From Patescibacteria group bacterium (GTDB taxonomy: Bacteria > Patescibacteriota > UBA1384 > 2-12-FULL-50-11), in NCBI GenBank assembly GCA_016861245.1, contig BOKZ01000001.1:615006-679005 (forward strand): a stretch of DNA of 64,000 nucleotides, written 5' to 3'. Position 1 is the first letter of the stretch. The number at the start of each line of letters is the position of its first letter. Below are positions 59,126 through 64,000 of this stretch, piece by piece. Below the pieces are notes generated by a model that searched no databases, was not told where the DNA came from, and saw nothing but the letters and a program-made list of their open reading frames with translations. The position numbers and the translations under genes are program-made.

Positions 59126-59808
59126 CGCGATCCACCTGTTGTGATTGTTGTACTAACACTATAACACTTCGCTCGGACTTCTGCGCTAGTGCATATTGCT
59201 GTGATATCGATCGGCTTGAAGGTAAACGACAATCGTATAAACGGTGAGTGAGGCACAACTGGAGGATCTGGGACTGAGGCATCTTTAGGATTACTCCCAG
59301 AGAAAAATGGAGTACCGATTAAGCCAGTTTCTACTTTATATCCGTTAGAGAGGATTGACACCGCAGGTGACGACTCCGAACAGCTCAGCACCCGGGAATT
59401 ACCTTGGGTTCGAACTGTACAGCCCCTATGCTCTTTTAGAGTTATATCACCTGTTGGCTCGACGTTAAAAACCTTGTAAACGTAATCGGTCGAGCGCGGA
59501 TACTTCAACACGATCTTTAAACAACCGTCACTAAAATCATATCCGACAAATTCGCCGCCAGCCTGAACACAGTTGCCCTGCCCCTGCTCGTTCGTAATTT
59601 GTTCATTCAAATAGACGTATCTTAAGTCGTTAGTAATTCGATCTATTACGGAGCGCGCAACCTCCGTTCGGCGACGTGTCTCACCGCTTTTGAGCGACGA
59701 GGCTGCGCTTCGGGCAAAGATACCTAGCGTCAAGATTGCTAAACCAGAAAAAATTGCGACTGCAACTAATAACTCTAATAACGTGAAGGCTTTTCGTTTC
59801 TTTTGCAT
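59122..59808 (-). CDS. Minor type IV pilin (PilW/GspJ-like)
   Basis: KA|FTLLELLV. Confidence 0.75.
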   Translation of the reverse strand: MQKKRKAFTLLELLVAVAIFSGLAILTLGIFARSAASSLKSGETRRRTEVARSVIDRITNDLRYVYLNEQITNEQGQGNCVQAGGEFVGYDFSDGCLKIVLKYPRSTDYVYKVFNVEPTGDITLKEHRGCTVRTQGNSRVLSCSESSPAVSILSNGYKVETGLIGTPFFSGSNPKDASVPDPPVVPHSPFIRLSFTFKPIDITAICTSAEVRAKCYSVSTTITTGGSR

Positions 59809-59811
59809 AGA

Positions 59812-60600
59812 TTACAAATCGCCGACGCTTCGCCAATTTGTTAGCATCGTTGCGATGTCAGTAAAGCGATACTCACCGCGATCATTCCACAGCACAACTG
59901 AACGAACCTTAACAGCGTTGCCATCTAGAATTAACTTCGGACTGCCGGTACCAAGTCCTTCGCGATTAAGGCTTGGTCGTGTCAACAAGCAGTACCTATC
60001 GAAACGTAATTGATCAACAGTCGGCGCTTCCTGATAGCAAGTGGTTGCCGAAGCGTTACGTGGGCCGTCCGTGACAATTTTGGTTGTTGTATCGTCGCCG
60101 TTAGTATTGCAGTGCAATTTGTTGGTATTTTGATTCGCCGTTCTAATAGCTCCAACTGCTTCGACGCAGATAAATCGGTAGCCACGCAAATTCTCAGCTT
60201 GAATTTCGTCGCCAGTTAGCGGCGCCGGATCAAATGTGGCCGTTTTATACTCCAAAACATTTTTATATTCGGTCGGCAACGGCTGTAATCTCCAAGTAAT
60301 CCCATCAGCGTTGGCTACTAAATAGTGCCAGCCGTAACGATCTGAGGTTAGGTTTGGCGTGTGAAACCAATACTGTTGTCCTTGGGAAAAGCCTTGTATC
60401 CTTGAGTTGTCATCACGGATCTTCGTGGCAAATTCGATACCTTCAGCCGCCCAGCGGTTTGTCACTGTCGTATCACTACTAATAACAGTTCCTTGGATAA
60501 TAGAGTTGCTCAGCCCAACAACGGCTGCGGAAACAACAAAGAGTATGCCACCGGCAACCAAAACTTCTAAAAGCGTAAATGCCCGCTTCAATCTATTCAT
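59812..60600 (-). CDS. Minor type IV pilin (PilV/GspI-like)
   Basis: RA|FTLLEVLV, AAEGIE...IRD. Confidence 0.75.
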   Translation of the reverse strand: MNRLKRAFTLLEVLVAGGILFVVSAAVVGLSNSIIQGTVISSDTTVTNRWAAEGIEFATKIRDDNSRIQGFSQGQQYWFHTPNLTSDRYGWHYLVANADGITWRLQPLPTEYKNVLEYKTATFDPAPLTGDEIQAENLRGYRFICVEAVGAIRTANQNTNKLHCNTNGDDTTTKIVTDGPRNASATTCYQEAPTVDQLRFDRYCLLTRPSLNREGLGTGSPKLILDGNAVKVRSVVLWNDRGEYRFTDIATMLTNWRSVGDL

Positions 60601-61234
60601 ACTCCACCTGTACCCTCCCAGTGTAGTCATCTAATTTAACTTTTGCTCTTTTATCTTGGTAAGTCAAATGAAAAATGTCTTCTGGAAAGATCGGCGGCAG
60701 CTCCTGCCAAATAGTACCGGTGTTCCCTGGTCTTTCAAGAAGGAAAAGCTGCTGTGTAGGGGCTTTAAACGCGATAAAGAACGAGTCTTGGTCGTAAACT
60801 TTCCGAGACCGGGCAGTAAACGTCACACGTTGGACAAAACATGGGCCAGATTGTAACCGAGCTTGTGTTCTGGCAGCTAACGGTCTGCATGCAGCCGTGG
60901 TGGAGTTAGCGGGATACGAGATACGAACGATCGAGAAATAGTTGTTGGTATTAATGTTATCGAGCAGTATTGCGTAATAACCGACGTCATCGACACCAAG
61001 CGAACCGCTATTTCCACCTGTCTCATCGATTTGTTGCGTTGAACCGGATAGCAAACGCACTTCTTCGAGCTTTGCCTTAAACAACTCAGCATCGTTTGCA
61101 ACGCTGTTTTTTGAGAGTGATCGATCGATATTGGGAATAATGAGCGCAATTAAAAGACCGATTATGGCCATAGAGATAATTAACTCAATTAAAGTAAAGC
61201 CTCGACGAACTCTTAGCCTAAAATCCCCTCTCAT
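60593..61234 (-). CDS. Minor type IV pilin (FimT/GspH-like)
   Basis: RG|FTLIELII. Confidence 0.75.
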   Translation of the reverse strand: MRGDFRLRVRRGFTLIELIISMAIIGLLIALIIPNIDRSLSKNSVANDAELFKAKLEEVRLLSGSTQQIDETGGNSGSLGVDDVGYYAILLDNINTNNYFSIVRISYPANSTTAACRPLAARTQARLQSGPCFVQRVTFTARSRKVYDQDSFFIAFKAPTQQLFLLERPGNTGTIWQELPPIFPEDIFHLTYQDKRAKVKLDDYTGRVQVEYE

Positions 61235-61268
61235 GTTCCTTTAGCGTAGCGAATTGTTCATTTGTTGG

Positions 61269-62075
61269 CTACGACCCGATGACGTACGTCGGAATGCCGA
61301 TCAATCCAAGATACCAGGTAACTAGTTGATCACCCCAGAAAAAAGCGATTAACGCGCCGACGATCATAAACGGCACAAACGGTATCGCTGTTTTCAGCTT
61401 GGCTTGTTTACTAGCAATCGCCAGCGAGCCAAATAGGCCACCAACCAGAAAAGTGCTGACAAGAAACACAAAAGCATTCGGATAACCAACTAAGGCGCCA
61501 AGCGCCGCAGCGATCTTAACATCGCCCTCCCCCATCCATTTACCCTTGCTTGGGTAGACGATCAGCGCGATTGGCGCCACACCAACTAGCAGGCCGAGCG
61601 CCGTGTTCAGGAGCGAATCGTAATACACAACAGAGAACAGCACGGTCCCAACCAAGAGTATGTATGCCATCAAATCGGGCACCATCTGCTCGTAGAGATC
61701 GTGGAAGAATATTACAATCATCGCACCGACCGCTACAATTGCACCAATAAACGCAAGTACACCAAGTGGCAACGTAAAAATACCAGACTCGAATATCCGA
61801 TTATAAAATACTACGATGAGTGCTGCAGCAGATAACTCGACTACCGGATACTGCCACGAAATCGGCTTGCGACAGTACCGACACTTCCCGCCAAGCGTAA
61901 CGTAGCTCAATAGTGGCACCAGATCGTACCATCGTAGTTGCTGTTTGCAATGCGTACAGGCAGAGCGATCTTTTAGAATTGATAGCCATTGGTCGTAGCG
62001 ATAAATTACAACGTTCAGAAACGACCCAAACACTAGTCCGAAGATAAACGCGATAATCGTACCAACCTCAACCAT
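61269..62075 (-). CDS. pilD: Prepilin peptidase/N-methyltransferase
   Basis: GSFLNVVIYR, two CxxC pairs, MGEGDVK, PFVPF. Confidence 0.93.
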   Translation of the reverse strand: MVEVGTIIAFIFGLVFGSFLNVVIYRYDQWLSILKDRSACTHCKQQLRWYDLVPLLSYVTLGGKCRYCRKPISWQYPVVELSAAALIVVFYNRIFESGIFTLPLGVLAFIGAIVAVGAMIVIFFHDLYEQMVPDLMAYILLVGTVLFSVVYYDSLLNTALGLLVGVAPIALIVYPSKGKWMGEGDVKIAAALGALVGYPNAFVFLVSTFLVGGLFGSLAIASKQAKLKTAIPFVPFMIVGALIAFFWGDQLVTWYLGLIGIPTYVIGS

Positions 62076-62101
62076 AGCTCTACATTACTTATTTCCGACG
62101 T

Positions 62102-62137
62102 AAAAAAGAAGAACCCATCCGGGTTCTTCTTTTTTTT
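62102..62137 (-). terminator. Terminator after major pilins
   Basis: AAAAAAGAAGAACCCatccGGGTTCTTCTTTTTT. Confidence 0.8.
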
Positions 62138-62150
62138 AACTAAGTGTTTT

Positions 62151-62624
62151 TTAGTTCGGACCGCTGACTGTGAAGACTTTGCCAGTGGTTAACGTCAGGA
62201 AGCCTGTGCAGGCACCGATATCTAACGATGCAGCGCCGTCTACAACGTTAGAACCGTTATCAGTTGCGCTAAGCAGCGTCACACCAGCTCCCCACGCTGC
62301 ATCAGATGAACAGGACATATAAGCGGTTGTTTGCGAATCATAATTCCAAGCCTCAGACGTCGCCCCACCACCTAAGTACGCATTCAACGATGCCCCTAAG
62401 TTGGCTTCGGAAATAGTACTTTCAGTCAATGACGGGTAAACCGGGTTTTGCTGGTCGGCCGCGTATTGTTCTACGGCCGTAGCAATATTTCTTAAGTTAT
62501 TTTTATACTGGGTATCCTGTGCTTTTTGTCGTGCGCCTGAAAGCGAGACAATAATTAATGCCGCAAGAATACCAATAATGGCGATTACCACCAACAGCTC
62601 GATGAGCGTAAAACCTTTTTTCAT
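62151..62624 (-). CDS. Type IV major pilin, copy 2
   Basis: MKKG|[18 protein letters not shown]; AGGAGGG RBS before ATG 62624. Confidence 0.88.
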   Translation of the reverse strand: MKKGFTLIELLVVIAIIGILAALIIVSLSGARQKAQDTQYKNNLRNIATAVEQYAADQQNPVYPSLTESTISEANLGASLNAYLGGGATSEAWNYDSQTTAYMSCSSDAAWGAGVTLLSATDNGSNVVDGAASLDIGACTGFLTLTTGKVFTVSGPN

Positions 62625-62703
62625 ATCCCTCCTAATTTCTAATATTTCAAGTTCGTTCTGAACTGAATCCAAGGGAACGTGTTCCCCTGGAATTCAAACC
62701 AGA

Positions 62704-63234
62704 TTACTGCGGACCAAATGCCGTAAAGTACTTGGCAGTTGTTGTAGTGAATCCGTTCAGTGCGATACCACCGACCGTAGGGCCAGTTGTAGCAACACCT
62801 GCAACAACATTGGCACCGTTGTCTGAGGCGCTTCGCAAGCGTGCCCCGGCAGCCCAACTCGTGAATGGAGTTGATGCATTTGTTCGATACATAGTGTCTC
62901 CCGTAGTTGCACCGGTATAGACCGTGCCAGTACCCGTATTAAAGACAGTTGAGTTAGCACCGCCACCCATATAGTCGTCTAACGCAGCAACTAAGCCGGC
63001 GTTACTAAAGATGATCCCTGTCCCAGCTCCATGATAGACGGGGTTTGGCTGATCTAAGGCATACTGCTCGATAGCTGTGGCAAGGTTTCGAACATTATTC
63101 TTGATTTGCGTATCCTGTGCTTTTTGTCGTGCGCCTGAAAGCGAGACAATAATTAATGCCGCAAGAATACCAATAATGGCGATTACCACCAACAGCTCGA
63201 TGAGTGTAAAACCTTTTTTCATATTTAGTTTCAT
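62704..63234 (-). CDS. Type IV major pilin, copy 1
   Basis: KKG|[18 protein letters not shown]; own TTGACA promoter and AGGAGG RBS. Confidence 0.88.
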   Translation of the reverse strand: MKLNMKKGFTLIELLVVIAIIGILAALIIVSLSGARQKAQDTQIKNNVRNLATAIEQYALDQPNPVYHGAGTGIIFSNAGLVAALDDYMGGGANSTVFNTGTGTVYTGATTGDTMYRTNASTPFTSWAAGARLRSASDNGANVVAGVATTGPTVGGIALNGFTTTTAKYFTAFGPQ

Positions 63235-63350
63235 TTCTCCTCCTTTTGGGAATATAAATGTGAACTTTCGTCGACCGCCCCTCTCGTTCTGAAAAGATCG
63301 GTGAAAGCCATTACATTCAATATCATTCTATCCATCTTGTCTGTCAAGCA

Positions 63351-64000
63351 TTACTGAATAATATTGGCTAAGTTGTAAATCGGCACGATGATCGAGAACA
63401 CCAGAAATGCTACACCTAAACCGACGATTACGAAGACAACCGGCTCAACTAATGCCGACATATTACGAATTGCCTGGTTGGTTTGTGCCTCGTAGAAATC
63501 CGCTAGTTTACCGAGAACTTGTTCTAGTTTACCGGTTTTCTCGCCAGCGGCGATCATCTCGGTAATCGTTGCCGGAAAAATTGGGTATCGAATAAGTGTT
63601 TGTGAAATCGGTGCGCCGCGCTCAACGTTTCTAGCAACCTGGTGCAGCGCCTCTCGGTAGACGATACTATCTAATACCAGCGCCACAGAATCGATCGCCT
63701 GAATAATCGGTACGCCGGCCTGAATAAGAATTCCTAGGATTCGAGTAAAACGCGCCATCTCAAGACTAACGATCAACGAATTTACTGCCGGGATCTTGAG
63801 AATAAAATTATTAAACCCTCGGCGACCTTCATCGGTTGAGATGTAACGAATGAATAGAAAAACTAGAATGCCTAATCCAAGAACGTAAAAGAACCAGTAG
63901 TTAATTAAACTATTAGTAATAAAAACTACGGTTTTAGTTGTCCATGGTAACTCTGCGCCCGACTCTTCGAATACCGATTGAAGCGCCGGAACGATCCGCG
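63351..64000 (-). CDS. pilC: Type IV pilus platform protein PilC/GspF (5' end outside window)
   Basis: AGEKTGKLE..L.KLA.FYE, LVEP..F. Confidence 0.9.
   Translation of the reverse strand, partial: RIVPALQSVFEESGAELPWTTKTVVFITNSLINYWFFYVLGLGILVFLFIRYISTDEGRRGFNNFILKIPAVNSLIVSLEMARFTRILGILIQAGVPIIQAIDSVALVLDSIVYREALHQVARNVERGAPISQTLIRYPIFPATITEMIAAGEKTGKLEQVLGKLADFYEAQTNQAIRNMSALVEPVVFVIVGLGVAFLVFSIIVPIYNLANIIQ

Overview
This 64-kb window is chromosomal DNA from a small-genome bacterium. The gene content points to Patescibacteria/CPR (inference): tandem VirD4/HerA-like ATPases, a type IV pilin cluster, a trimmed L1 and RF2, DUF3048 and a direct-repeat LexA box. It uses genetic code 11. Genes run mostly on + up to 30.9 kb and mostly on - after 31.3 kb, with a dif-like 11-6-11 site at the switch, so the window probably spans the replication terminus. 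It contains clpC, an SOS cluster (lexA, dinB, several TTCGG-N6-TTCGG operators), ftsA/ftsZ, a B12 ribonucleotide-reductase module (nrdJ, pduO-type cobalamin adenosyltransferase, DUF6580-like transporter, thioredoxin), secDF, tgt, ribosomal and translation genes, cysS, recR, topA, dprA and a pil cluster. The most striking signal is a 138-nt tmRNA-like gene (48137-48274, -). It has an intact tRNA-like domain but apparently only a one-codon tag frame (GCC UAA, giving an Ala-Ala tag), and its 5' end contains the stop codon of the upstream ORF. The window also has several unassigned structured ncRNA candidates with their own promoters and terminators, a pduO gene with no canonical start that is in frame behind the nrdJ amber codon, apparently widespread leaderless genes, and two pilins with 114/115 identical 5' ends. 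All calls were made by eye; no searches or folding programs were run.
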